DNA of 64,000 bases from a virus (IMGVR_UViG_3300044840_000108:39980-103979), one strand, 5' to 3'. Positions 8,730 through 18,145 are shown, counted from the first letter of the stretch. Numbers and translations: made by a program. The notes: generated from the sequence alone by a model not told the origin.

Positions 8730-10136
8730 ATGGCGACACGCCACTCCGAACAACGCAAACTGGTCGACGAACTCCAGCCACTCACCGACTACGGGTGGAC
8801 CATCGTCGAAAGAGGCACACGATGCATCGTCACCAACCCTGAACACCAGCAGTGCATCATCAACGTCGGCAGCAACGGCGGGCGCTCCACCAACCACCTC
8901 ACCGTTCTCACGAAACTCAACCGCATGGGCCTGCAAGAAGCACTCCAGCAGGTCGCGACCGATAAGGAGATCGAACGGCACGAACGGATCCGGGCCGACC
9001 GGGCCCGGGTGAAACCTGTCGTGTCGCAGATCCCGTTTGCCGAACCAGCCGCGCCCGAACCTGCCGGCACTGTCGTCACCTCCCCGGATCCGGCTCCCCC
9101 CGTGGCGGCGGCAACGTCACGGCGCACCGCCGAGACTCCCCCGGCGCCAACGAACTCAACACCGGCGGCCACCCAACCCGGCGGGCCCCAATGGAACCTG
9201 GACGAGCTGCCGAACATCGTTACCCGCACCGAAATCATCACCCCCGAACGGGCCCAACAACTGCTGGACCAAGGCTTCACCACCCGCCTGCGCAACGGCA
9301 AAGTACTGGTGCCGCGGCCCGTCAAGAAACGCAACAAAGACAAGTACGTGCGGATCATCGAAGACAACGCGTGGATCCTCATGCCCGGCGGGATCTCCCT
9401 CGCCGAAGACACCGGAGACCCGCTCAACGGACGACACCGGTTGACTGCGGTCGTGGAAACCGGGTGGGCCATGCCGTTCCGGGTGCACTACAACGTGCCC
9501 GCCGAGACATTCGCCGCAGAGGACACCAACATGATCCGGTCGTCCTCGGACGTGCTGCACATGAAGGGTCGCACCAGCACTCACGGGCTGGCGTCGTCGT
9601 TGACGCTGCTCATGGCGTACGACACGTGGCGGGCCGACCCGGAGGAGGTCCCGTCGTGGCCGTCCTGGACACGGCTGCTGTTCACGAACGATGAACGGTC
9701 CGAAGCCGACGACCGCTACCCCGAACTGCCGGACCACTTGAAGGTCGCGAACGCGGCGGCTACGTCGGCGCACCTGACGGCCTCCTCGATAGCGGTGTTC
9801 CGGTATGTCGCGGCCAGGGCGTGGCCTGAAGCGTTGAGCACCTACGACGAGAAGGGTGCCCGCATCGATACGGGCGAGTTGGATCGGTTCTGTGACCGGC
9901 TGGCGTCCGGGGAGGGTCAGCGGACCGAGCCGGCGTTCACGTTGCGGCAGTGGGCGATCCGGCGCATCAAGGACCCGGTGCGGCCTGCCCGGGAAATCCA
10001 CTTCCTGCTACTGGTGAAGGCGTGGAACCTGCACATGGCCGGGAAGCCGCTCGGTAACATCATGTACCGGACGGGGGAACCGATCCCCGCTTTGTGGACC
10101 CCGCCGGCAGCCACTCGCCGGGCCAAGCGTGGGTGA
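8730..10136 (+). CDS. ParB/Srx-like (DGQHR-related) domain protein with small HicA-like N-terminal domain
   Basis: ITPERAQQLL...RPV...W...GISL...LNGRHRLTAVV; GAAGGAG RBS. Confidence 0.72.
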   Translation: MATRHSEQRKLVDELQPLTDYGWTIVERGTRCIVTNPEHQQCIINVGSNGGRSTNHLTVLTKLNRMGLQEALQQVATDKEIERHERIRADRARVKPVVSQIPFAEPAAPEPAGTVVTSPDPAPPVAAATSRRTAETPPAPTNSTPAATQPGGPQWNLDELPNIVTRTEIITPERAQQLLDQGFTTRLRNGKVLVPRPVKKRNKDKYVRIIEDNAWILMPGGISLAEDTGDPLNGRHRLTAVVETGWAMPFRVHYNVPAETFAAEDTNMIRSSSDVLHMKGRTSTHGLASSLTLLMAYDTWRADPEEVPSWPSWTRLLFTNDERSEADDRYPELPDHLKVANAAATSAHLTASSIAVFRYVAARAWPEALSTYDEKGARIDTGELDRFCDRLASGEGQRTEPAFTLRQWAIRRIKDPVRPAREIHFLLLVKAWNLHMAGKPLGNIMYRTGEPIPALWTPPAATRRAKRG

Positions 10137-10190
10137 CGACCCCGTCTCCTGGTGGTGTGTCGAGGAGCGGCCGACACACCACCAGGTCTG

Positions 10191-10571
10191 TTAACGGCGG
10201 CGCTTTCCCAACCACTCCCGCACGCTTGACCGGCCCACGCCTATCTCTCGGGCGAACCCGGACTCCGACTCGATGCCCTGCCCATCGTCCACGACCAGGG
10301 TGATCGCGCACTGCCTGGCTTCGGCCAGCGCACGAAGTACGGCGACGCGCGCCCGGGTCAACTCGGCGGCCACGTCTTTCACCACCACCCGGGGGTCCTC
10401 CGTCATCAGGCGGTGAGCAGCGATCAGGGCCGCGTCACGCTCGTCCTGGTCATCCTCGTCCGGGTAGCGGGCCTCGATCTCGGTGGCGGCGGTGGTGAAC
10501 TGGTCGACCTGCTCGTTGGTGAGACCGTGGTCGTCCCCGAGCCACGCCTCCATCTCGTATCGCTGTGCCAT
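10191..10571 (-). CDS. Protein with C-terminal HTH
   Basis: SESGFAREIGVGRSSVREWLGK. Confidence 0.75.
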   Translation of the reverse strand: MAQRYEMEAWLGDDHGLTNEQVDQFTTAATEIEARYPDEDDQDERDAALIAAHRLMTEDPRVVVKDVAAELTRARVAVLRALAEARQCAITLVVDDGQGIESESGFAREIGVGRSSVREWLGKRRR

Positions 10572-10585
10572 TTCACGGACTCCCT

Positions 10586-10807
10586 TCAGCGCGTCGCTGC
10601 CCACCAGGTGAACCAGCCGACCGGTGCGGCGACAAGCAGCCCGATCACGCCGGCGACGCTGAGAATGAACCTGGCGCGGTCTCGAATGCGTCCTGCGTCT
10701 CCGGTCGCTTCCAGCCATAGCGTGTGGGCGATCCGGGCCCTGTGCTCCATGCGCCGCTGGTAGCGGTCGAACCAGCGCTGAAGCCAGTTGTCGGGAACCT
10801 CGCTCAC
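10586..10807 (-). CDS. Small membrane protein
   Basis: C-terminal TM; coupled ORF. Confidence 0.6.
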   Translation of the reverse strand: MSEVPDNWLQRWFDRYQRRMEHRARIAHTLWLEATGDAGRIRDRARFILSVAGVIGLLVAAPVGWFTWWAATR

Positions 10808-11100
10808 GACGTGGCTTTCTCAAAGATCGGGATGAGGTCAAGGTCTTCGATCTGCTGGAGGATGTCGTCCACCCAGTCCCCGGACAGGTCGGCGTCGACG
10901 TTCACGATCAGTTCACTGAAGGACCGGCGCCAGGTGCCACCGGTGACCGACTCAATGATCTCTTTGTAGGCGTCGAGCGCGTCCTCCACGAACTGGTCGG
11001 CCGGTGCACCAGTGGTGTCGCCGGCCCAGGCGTACAGGCCGTCGATGAGCGTGTTGGTGATCAGGTTGCCGGTGAGTTTGATGGTGGTGAAGGTGGGCAC
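10804..11100 (-). CDS. Acidic hypothetical protein
   Basis: AAGGAG RBS, GTG start. Confidence 0.7.
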   Translation of the reverse strand: MPTFTTIKLTGNLITNTLIDGLYAWAGDTTGAPADQFVEDALDAYKEIIESVTGGTWRRSFSELIVNVDADLSGDWVDDILQQIEDLDLIPIFEKATS

Positions 11101-11126
11101 GGTCGGCTCCTTGCGGGTCTGGTGGG

Positions 11127-11390
11127 TCAGGCGAACAGAGTGCCGTGATTGAACGCCCAGCGCGCGGTGCGCTCGGCGCTCTCCAGCGTCTTGTGACAAA
11201 CGGGGGTGTCGCTGATGCCCAGGTTCGGGAGCAGGTAGCCATCCTCGGTCGGCAGGACGGGAATCGTCCACACCTGCACCGCCCCGGACCACGGGCCGCT
11301 TGTGATGACGGGATCGGCGGTACGCAGGGCGTTCGGCCAGCGTTCGCGGACGGCGGCGAGCAGGTCGTCGGTGGTCTGAGTGGTGGGCAC
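11127..11390 (-). CDS. Hypothetical protein
   Basis: AGGAG RBS, GTG start. Confidence 0.65.
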   Translation of the reverse strand: MPTTQTTDDLLAAVRERWPNALRTADPVITSGPWSGAVQVWTIPVLPTEDGYLLPNLGISDTPVCHKTLESAERTARWAFNHGTLFA

Positions 11391-11431
11391 AGGTACTCCT
11401 GTGGTGGAAGGGACTGGGTTTGGCGGGTAGA

Positions 11432-11815
11432 TCAGTCGTTGTCCCAGATCTGGGTGCTGTAGCGGCCCGAGCCGTCGGAGTCGTACTGGGTGGCACCGGG
11501 CTGGTTGCGGTAGACCCGGCCTTCGCCGAATGCGCTGTTGCGGACGGTGCGGTAGGCGCTGGTTCCGACGGTGGCCAGGGCGGCGGTGGTGGCGGCTTCG
11601 CGCTGGGCGGCCTTGTCGAGGCGGTCGGACAGCGCGCTCAGCAGCACGGGGATCGCGGTCTCGGCGGCGTCCTGGGTGGGGTAGACGGTGAAGCCGAGGT
11701 TTTTGCCGGTGGGGGCGTCGCAGACGATCCAGCCGGCCTCGCGGACGACGCGGCCGTTGCGGCGCTTCGCGGTCTGCTCGTAGACCTTGGCCTGGATGTC
11801 GCTGATGTCTGCCAT
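11432..11815 (-). CDS. Hypothetical protein
   Basis: GGAGG RBS; high GC3. Confidence 0.7.
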   Translation of the reverse strand: MADISDIQAKVYEQTAKRRNGRVVREAGWIVCDAPTGKNLGFTVYPTQDAAETAIPVLLSALSDRLDKAAQREAATTAALATVGTSAYRTVRNSAFGEGRVYRNQPGATQYDSDGSGRYSTQIWDND

Positions 11816-11827
11816 GATGTCCTCCGT

Positions 11828-11899
11828 GGTGGCTATACCTGTATAGCCACCCAACAGTCATGGTTGTGTCTATAGCCTGTCAGTGAAATCCTGACAGGC
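11828..11899. promoter_or_regulatory. Divergent promoter region with two operator-like palindromes
   Basis: GGTGGCTATA-cctg-TATAGCCACC (11828-11851) and GCCTGTCAG-7-CTGACAGGC (11875-11899). Confidence 0.65.
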
Positions 11900-12691
11900 A
11901 TGACGACCCCTCCCCGGATCACCACAGCCGAACTGGTCGAAACGATTCAGCACATCCGCCGCAGGCACGCCGCAGCCGACGACCCCTCCTGGGGCTTGAT
12001 TACCACCGACCCCCGCGACGTCCTGGACTACCTCGCCGACTACGCCCACAACCCCGACAACCCCGAAGGAGTCCGATCTGCCGACGCGGTCGACCGGATC
12101 ACCCTCACCGTGTGGCTGTGGTGGGATGATCGACGCCGCCACCGCGACGTCCTGCGGGACGCCATGCGCTTGCTTCCCGCATCCCAGGTGGGTGCCGCGC
12201 TGGGCCTGACCACCCGCCAGGGTGCACGGGACCGGCTGGACCGGCTGGATGCGCTGCTGAGCGGGGATCGGCCCGACGAGAAGCTGACCCGCGGCGCCCG
12301 GCGGGAAGCCGCCACGCTGGGCCAGCACGGCGACGCGCGGGCCGCATGGATCGCCACACACCACGCGGTGCTCGATGACGCCGCCACGCGCCTCCTGGAC
12401 GCCGCCGACCACTATCAGATCATCGAGCGGGAGTGGCTGGACGAACTCGCCGCGGACCAGGCCGCAGGGGCATGGACACCCGGCTCGATCGGGGTGCTCG
12501 GACTGGCCATCGCGGAGATCCGCGCCGACCCAGCCGTCCTCGCCCTGCCCGGGCATCACGCCGTGTTCCGGGCGTTGGCCGCGGCCGACCGGATTCGCGC
12601 CGACTTCGCCCGGATCGGCTGTTTCACCTACCACCACAACACCCCCGAAAGGGGCTGGGGGCTATGCGTTACATCGTCGTGCTCGGGTTAG
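11900..12691 (+). CDS. Hypothetical protein with probable internal HTH
   Basis: ASQVGAALGLTTRQGARDRL. Confidence 0.7.
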   Translation: MTTPPRITTAELVETIQHIRRRHAAADDPSWGLITTDPRDVLDYLADYAHNPDNPEGVRSADAVDRITLTVWLWWDDRRRHRDVLRDAMRLLPASQVGAALGLTTRQGARDRLDRLDALLSGDRPDEKLTRGARREAATLGQHGDARAAWIATHHAVLDDAATRLLDAADHYQIIEREWLDELAADQAAGAWTPGSIGVLGLAIAEIRADPAVLALPGHHAVFRALAAADRIRADFARIGCFTYHHNTPERGWGLCVTSSCSG

Positions 12692-12930
12692 GTGCCCTCG
12701 TGTGGCACCGACCGGAATCACCCAGTGTGTGGCTACTTGTGGTCATCACATTCGTCTTGTGGGCCATCCACTCCGCGATCTGGCCACAACGGAACTGCCG
12801 GCACTGCACCGGCGGCGACAAAATCTACGACCCCGTCACCGGCGGGTCCTACCACCCGTGTGGCCGGTCGGATTGTCACGGTGGCCGGGTGTGGCGGGTC
12901 CTGCCGAAACTCACTGGCCTGGGCCGGTAG
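12664..12930 (+). CDS. Small TM plus zinc-finger protein
   Basis: TM then WPQRNCRHC...PCGRSDCHGG. Confidence 0.65.
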   Translation: MRYIVVLGLGALVWHRPESPSVWLLVVITFVLWAIHSAIWPQRNCRHCTGGDKIYDPVTGGSYHPCGRSDCHGGRVWRVLPKLTGLGR

Positions 12931-12941
12931 CGTCTGCCTGG

Positions 12942-13346
12942 CTACCGGAAGCCGTAGAACGCGACCTCGTCGCCCCCGGCCTCGACCAGGAGCCGGTCCA
13001 CGCTGGCTGCGGCCGCTTTGTTACGCCGCCCGGTGGCCCGTTTCGACTCCACGAACTCCCTGAACTTCTCCCCGTCCTGCCGTTCGCCGTATTCGTTCTC
13101 TATACGCCAGCCCTCCTGGCGCCGGTCGGCCAGGAATGCGAACCACTCCGTCGGACAGGTCAGGTCCGGCAACTCAACACCAGACGGCTGTGTCTCCCGC
13201 GGGAACACCGGCTCCGCGTGGTAGCCGTGCCACAGGAACACCCACCCCACGCTCGACTTCCCGACGTGGATCCCGGTGGGGTTCTCCCCGCACGACGCGC
13301 ACACCGGCGTGTCAGTGTCCCGGACCAGGTAAAAGTTGGTGCCCAT
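12942..13346 (-). CDS. Phage hypothetical protein (MGTNFY...IHVGKSSVGWVF)
   Basis: Recurrent phage motif; RBS. Confidence 0.72.
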   Translation of the reverse strand: MGTNFYLVRDTDTPVCASCGENPTGIHVGKSSVGWVFLWHGYHAEPVFPRETQPSGVELPDLTCPTEWFAFLADRRQEGWRIENEYGERQDGEKFREFVESKRATGRRNKAAAASVDRLLVEAGGDEVAFYGFR

Positions 13347-13363
13347 CGCGTGCCCTTCCTGGT

Positions 13364-13615
13364 TCAGTTCCACGGCCGGTCGTCGGGGTCCTCCCCGAGC
13401 GTGGTGGCCGCCATCCAGCACAAGGCGTGCCCGCGGCGGGGATTCCCGGCGTGGCCGCCGCCCCACGCACTGCACGCCGCGACCGCAATCGCCCGCCACG
13501 TGAACCCCTGGGCGACCCGCCACGCCCGGATCCGATGGGCCCGTTCCCCCGTCATCGGGGCATCCCCGACCAGCCACACCGCGACACTGTCCGGAACCTC
13601 CGGAGTGGCTGTCAC
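13364..13615 (-). CDS. Hypothetical protein
   Basis: Coupled ORF. Confidence 0.6.
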   Translation of the reverse strand: MTATPEVPDSVAVWLVGDAPMTGERAHRIRAWRVAQGFTWRAIAVAACSAWGGGHAGNPRRGHALCWMAATTLGEDPDDRPWN

Positions 13616-14343
13616 AGGGCACCAGGCAGGTTGTAGCGGTACGCACCCCACCGTTCTGCTGGTTGCACAGACTCGCCGTACTCCAGTGCGGTGCCGTCCG
13701 ACGCCACCCACGTGCAGCGGATCCGCAGCACCGCCGACCCCGGTTCGATCGCCAGTTCGTGGGCCTCAACGTCAGTGGCGGTGCTGGCCGCGACGTGGTC
13801 CACACCGCTCACCGGGCCGTGCCGTCCCGTGTTGATGGCGACATATGCGGCGGTGCCACCCTTGATGCGGTCCGTCACCAACAGGGCCGGGCACTTCTCC
13901 AGGCACAGTGCCGCATGAAAATACGATGCCGATGTTGATACCGGCTGGTGGTGGCTGTTGAAAGTGGTGCGCACCCGCGCCACCACGTCACTGCCCCGCA
14001 CGATGTTCAGGGCGTCCGCGACGCGGTCCGCCGCCGGCCCTACACCGGTGAGGCGGATCGTGGCGTAGTGACCTGGCGGGTAGATCCGACCGGTGTGCAC
14101 CACCGCCAGCGCCCGGTCCGCTGGCGTGAACGCGCGGGGCGTGAAGTCCGATTCCATCGGGGACGCCATCCCTCCCAGTTTGGTGAACCACGCAACGGTG
14201 GTCTCATGCAGTGCGACGGCGGCGGCGAGGGCACGAGTGGCGGCCGTCTCTGACCGGGTCGCAGCTCGTGCCTGCGCCCAACTCACGGCGAACACCACCA
14301 GGGAGGCCAGCGCGGCCAGCGTGCCCCATGGCCAGGCGGTCAC
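13612..14343 (-). CDS. Orphan UTRA (HutC/Kor effector) domain protein with N-terminal TM, no HTH
   Basis: PAADRVADALNI..GS.VVARVR...PVSTSASYF...ATDVEAHELAIEPGSAVL...LEYGESV. Confidence 0.75.
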   Translation of the reverse strand: MTAWPWGTLAALASLVVFAVSWAQARAATRSETAATRALAAAVALHETTVAWFTKLGGMASPMESDFTPRAFTPADRALAVVHTGRIYPPGHYATIRLTGVGPAADRVADALNIVRGSDVVARVRTTFNSHHQPVSTSASYFHAALCLEKCPALLVTDRIKGGTAAYVAINTGRHGPVSGVDHVAASTATDVEAHELAIEPGSAVLRIRCTWVASDGTALEYGESVQPAERWGAYRYNLPGAL

Positions 14344-14488
14344 CGGGGGTTCGTCCCGTCGCGCTTGCGGACCTGGCGCGGCTCGTATCCGCGCCCTGCT
14401 TCGCCGGCCAGGTGTTCGATCACCGCGTCGGTCAACTCGACACCCCCCGAGGTTCCCCATCGAATCGGTAGCGCCTTGCTGTCATCGC

Positions 14489-14920
14489 TCACCTGTCGGC
14501 CTCCCGTTCAGCGTCGGCGGCTTCCTGCGCCAACCCCGCCGCGATGTTCTCCCCCGCTGGTGCCGGCAACGCCAGGTGGTAGTCGTAGGTGTTGGTTGCC
14601 GTCGACTGCGCCAGCAACCCCGCCATCAACAGCCGTTGCAGGTTCTCCAGCAGCGCTGTCGCGACGAACGCGTCGTAGGTGAGCGCCCGGAACCCGGGGT
14701 GCTCGGCGGCGGGGGTGCACACCACCTTCGCGACGTGGGTGGTGTAGAACGCGGGCAGGTCAAGGCCGCGGAGCAGGCCGGTGTCGTCGGCGGCGTCCGC
14801 GAGGGCTTCGATCAGCACGCTGAACACCATGCTCCCCGCCGCCAGGTTCGTCACCCTGATGTATTTTCGGTATTCTCCCTTGTCTACCAGGTTCGCCCAC
14901 GACGCCTTGTTCCACTCCAT
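14489..14920 (-). CDS. Hypothetical protein
   Basis: AAAGGAG RBS. Confidence 0.7.
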   Translation of the reverse strand: MEWNKASWANLVDKGEYRKYIRVTNLAAGSMVFSVLIEALADAADDTGLLRGLDLPAFYTTHVAKVVCTPAAEHPGFRALTYDAFVATALLENLQRLLMAGLLAQSTATNTYDYHLALPAPAGENIAAGLAQEAADAEREADR

Positions 14921-14950
14921 CGGTCTCCTTTCAGCGGTTTTAGATGATTC

Positions 14951-16303
14951 TTATGCCCGGGCGAGGTCAACGAACCGGCTGTAGTGCAGTTGGTGGGCCA
15001 CGGTAATGGTGCTGGTTGGGCCGGCGCGGTGTTTCGCGATGATCAGGTCAGCTTCGCCCGCGCGAGGGTCGTCCCGTTCCCACGCGTCCGGGCGGTTGAG
15101 CAGGATCACCAGATCCGCGTCCTGTTCCAGCGAACCGCTTTCACGCAGGTCAGACAGCATGGGTCGTTTGTCGGTGCGCTGCTCCGGGCCGCGGTTCAAC
15201 TGCGACACCGCGATGACCGGGACATCCAGCTCTTTAGCGAGCAACTTCAGGTTTCGGGAGAACTCCGACACCTCCTGCTGCCGGGACTCGACCCGCTTCC
15301 CGGAGGTCATCAGTTGCAGGTAGTCCACGACGATGAGGCGCAGGTCGTTGCGCTGCTTGAGCCTGCGTGCCTTGGCCCGGATCTCCATCATCGTCAGGTT
15401 CGGCGAGTCGTCGATGAACAGGGGGGCTTCGTTGATTTCCCCCATACGGCGGGCGAGCCGGGTCCAGTCGTCGTCGGACATGCGGCCACTACGCATGTCC
15501 TGCAACCGGATCTTGCATTCGGCGGACAGGATGCGCATCATGATCTCGCTGCGGGACATCTCCAGGGAGAAGATGGCACTCGTCAGGTGTTGGTCGATTG
15601 AGCAGCTTCGGGCGATATCGGTTGCTAGCGTGCTTTTGCCGACTCCCGGCCTGGCGGCAATGATGATCATCTGGCCGCCTTGCAAGCCGTGGATCAAATC
15701 GTCCAAGTCGGTGATCCCCGTCTTCACCCCCAGCGAATGGCCGCCGCGGGATGCGATCGCATCCAACTCGTCCACCGTGGGCTGCAACAACGCCTCGAAC
15801 ACCTGGTAGTCCTCGGCCATGCGCCGCTCGGTGACCTGGTACACCTCGGCCTGCGCCCGATCCACCACGCCATCGACGGTGGCCCCGTCCGCGCCGGCAT
15901 AGCCCATCTGCACAATCCGGGTGCCGGCCTCGACCAGTCGGCGCAGCACCGCCTTCTCGGCCACGATCTCCGCGTAGTAACCCGCGTTGGCCGCGGTCGG
16001 CACGGTGGCGATCAGCGTGTGCAGGTAGGGCGCGCCACCGACCCGTACCAGTTCCTTGCGGCGCCCCAACTCCGCAGCCACTGTCACCGCGTCTGCCGGC
16101 TCACCCCGGCCATACAAGTCCAGGATGCAGTCGTACACGGCCTGGTGTTTCGGCAGATAGAAGTCGTTTGGCCCCAGTCCCTCGACCACGTCGGCAATGG
16201 CGTCCTTGGACAGCATCATCCCGCCGAGCACGGACTGTTCGGCCTGCAAGTCCTGCGGCGGCATCCGCTCGCCAGTGCTCGGATACAGCTCGACAACGGT
16301 CAC
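14951..16303 (-). CDS. dnaB: Replicative DNA helicase DnaB
   Basis: PPQDLQAEQSVLGGMML; AARPGVGKS; FSLEMS; VVDYLQLM; SDLRESGSLEQDAD. Confidence 0.97.
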   Translation of the reverse strand: MTVVELYPSTGERMPPQDLQAEQSVLGGMMLSKDAIADVVEGLGPNDFYLPKHQAVYDCILDLYGRGEPADAVTVAAELGRRKELVRVGGAPYLHTLIATVPTAANAGYYAEIVAEKAVLRRLVEAGTRIVQMGYAGADGATVDGVVDRAQAEVYQVTERRMAEDYQVFEALLQPTVDELDAIASRGGHSLGVKTGITDLDDLIHGLQGGQMIIIAARPGVGKSTLATDIARSCSIDQHLTSAIFSLEMSRSEIMMRILSAECKIRLQDMRSGRMSDDDWTRLARRMGEINEAPLFIDDSPNLTMMEIRAKARRLKQRNDLRLIVVDYLQLMTSGKRVESRQQEVSEFSRNLKLLAKELDVPVIAVSQLNRGPEQRTDKRPMLSDLRESGSLEQDADLVILLNRPDAWERDDPRAGEADLIIAKHRAGPTSTITVAHQLHYSRFVDLARA

Positions 16304-16812
16304 AGTTCTGGCCCGTCCTCGTCGGGGCGCAGATCGAAGATCGTTACCTCGATGTCGCCCCCGTGGCCGCCGATCCCGTCCCATTCGAGGCTTTGGGCTT
16401 CCTTGGGTCGGACTCCTGATAGGCCACCCCGGTCGGGTTCCAATGACCGCAGCACGAACATGTGCCAGTCGGTCACCCATAGCCACGGCTTCCTTGTCAC
16501 GTGCACCGTCCAGTGCAGGTACGCCGCCCACGTTCGGATGCGTTCTACCGCAATGCCGTACTCGTGAGAAGGCACTGGGCAACAGGTCGTGTGTGTTGTG
16601 CGCCATGGCATGTAGTTCTCGCTGGCTCCCGACGACGGTTCGAAGACTTCCGAGAGGTCACAGATGTGCGTTGCGTGGTCCGGCAGCGCGGTGTTCATGG
16701 TCAGCTCGATGGCTTCGCTGCGCTCGACCCAGACGTGACCCTCGCCATCAGCAATCGGCTGAACACAGATGTCACAAATCGCCTGTAGATCCGGGGGTGG
16801 CTCATTGGTCAC
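16300..16812 (-). CDS. Hypothetical protein (CDIC motif)
   Basis: Coupled between initiator and DnaB. Confidence 0.65.
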   Translation of the reverse strand: MTNEPPPDLQAICDICVQPIADGEGHVWVERSEAIELTMNTALPDHATHICDLSEVFEPSSGASENYMPWRTTHTTCCPVPSHEYGIAVERIRTWAAYLHWTVHVTRKPWLWVTDWHMFVLRSLEPDRGGLSGVRPKEAQSLEWDGIGGHGGDIEVTIFDLRPDEDGPEL

Positions 16813-17834
16813 GATGGGGTTCCCTTCGGGGTGGTGGAGGTAGAACAGGCGACGACATCGGGGTGGCAGTCGCAGCGAACGGTGCCGCCGGTCACCGGGT
16901 CGCGGCGGAGCCGCAGTCTGGGATTCCGTTGCGCGGCAGGCGAGTGCGCCAAACATTCATCACACGCTGGCGGCAGGACGGTCACCGATGCCTGGTGATC
17001 GATCGGCCGCTGATCGTCGGTGGCCGTGATGTCAACGAGTCGGTCCGGCGCGAACGCGCCGAGGACGTACGCGACGGTGCGTGCTTCGGCCAGTTTCGTT
17101 CGCAGGTACGCCGAGACGTCGGGTAGCGAGTATCCGGCGGCCAGGGCGACTGCGGCCAGGTCGCGGATCTGGCCGCGTTGCCGGGGCCGGGCGTCAACGG
17201 TCCTGAAGTCGAGCTGGTTGATCAGGGTTGCGGCGGCGTCCTGTTCTTGTTTCGTTGGGCTGCGAACTCCGTCCGTCGATCCGTCCGTCGGAACGGAAAG
17301 GATCTCTTCGGAACAAGAAGACGGATCATGCTGTCCGAATCTCGGACCCCCCCCGTCCGAATCTCGGACCCCCGTACCGTCCGGCTCCCGGACGGGCCCC
17401 GTCCGAATCTCGGACCCCCCCCCGTCCGAATCTCGGACAGGCTGTGGATAACCGCCCGTCGCCGTTGACGAAGGCGTGGGACCTGCGGAAACGAACGGAT
17501 TTGCGGTACTGCCTCCCTCGTCGTCAAGGTCATCGTCCGCGATCTGGATCGCACGCAACAGCGGCACGTTGATCCAGAACCGGGACGACAGCCGAGAGCC
17601 CTTCTCCCCCGTGCGTTCGTCCCGCTGGATCAAGCGGTCATCGCTCTCCAGCTTGCGCAGCAACTCGAACATGGTGGACCGGCTGATGCCGGTTTTGCGA
17701 CACAGGGTGGGGATCCGCAAACGGAGCACCTTGCCTTGGTCGTCCGCGGTGTCGGCCAGCGCGAGCATCACGAACCGTTTCGCCGACTCGGCCAGTGTGG
17801 AACTCCACACCAGGTTCATGACCCTGATGCTCAC
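16809..17834 (-). CDS. Phage replication initiator (N-terminal wHTH, lambda-O-like)
   Basis: MSIRVMNLVW...RFVMLALADTADDQG...TLCRKTGISRSTM; internal iterons; upstream of dnaB. Confidence 0.85.
   Translation of the reverse strand: MSIRVMNLVWSSTLAESAKRFVMLALADTADDQGKVLRLRIPTLCRKTGISRSTMFELLRKLESDDRLIQRDERTGEKGSRLSSRFWINVPLLRAIQIADDDLDDEGGSTANPFVSAGPTPSSTATGGYPQPVRDSDGGGSEIRTGPVREPDGTGVRDSDGGGPRFGQHDPSSCSEEILSVPTDGSTDGVRSPTKQEQDAAATLINQLDFRTVDARPRQRGQIRDLAAVALAAGYSLPDVSAYLRTKLAEARTVAYVLGAFAPDRLVDITATDDQRPIDHQASVTVLPPACDECLAHSPAAQRNPRLRLRRDPVTGGTVRCDCHPDVVACSTSTTPKGTPS
17333..17451. repeat. Replication origin: four GTCCGAATCTCGGAC iterons, one degenerate copy and a DnaA box
   Basis: Copies at 17333, 17355, 17401, 17424; variant GTCCGGCTCCCGGAC at 17379; TGTGGATAA at 17443-17451. 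Confidence 0.85.
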
Positions 17835-18145
17835 CCGGCACCAGCCATCAGGGTCACGTACCCGTGGCCGTCCAGTTCCCGCAGGCAGGCCGCGATCACG
17901 TCGGAGGTGTCGGTGCACCGCTCCCCGATCATGGCCACGGTGATGTGTCGGTGTGCGTCGGCGATGTAGGACGCCACCACGCAGGCTGTGCCGGCCGCAG
18001 CGTTGCTCAGGGAGGCGTCGCGGGCGACTGCCATCGCGAGGGCCTCCGCGGCGCTGTAGGTGTGGCCCACGTACAGGTACGGGGCGTGTGGCAGCCATCC
18101 GGACGGGTCGGCGACCTCCACCGCGATCAACGTGTCGTCGGTCAT
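17831..18145 (-). CDS. Hypothetical protein
   Basis: Coupled ORF. Confidence 0.65.
   Translation of the reverse strand: MTDDTLIAVEVADPSGWLPHAPYLYVGHTYSAAEALAMAVARDASLSNAAAGTACVVASYIADAHRHITVAMIGERCTDTSDVIAACLRELDGHGYVTLMAGAG

Noticed and set aside
12375-13835. Long alternative ORFs (e.g. 12375-13835 +, 4469-5821 -, 43341-44867 +, 45028-46737 -, 62939-63802 -)
   Set aside because: Shadow frames of high-GC genes, Arg/Pro-rich and without motifs
17333-17438. Repeats as a CRISPR array
   Set aside because: 15-bp units with 7-9-bp mostly poly-C spacers inside a replication gene, and no cas genes; iterons fit better
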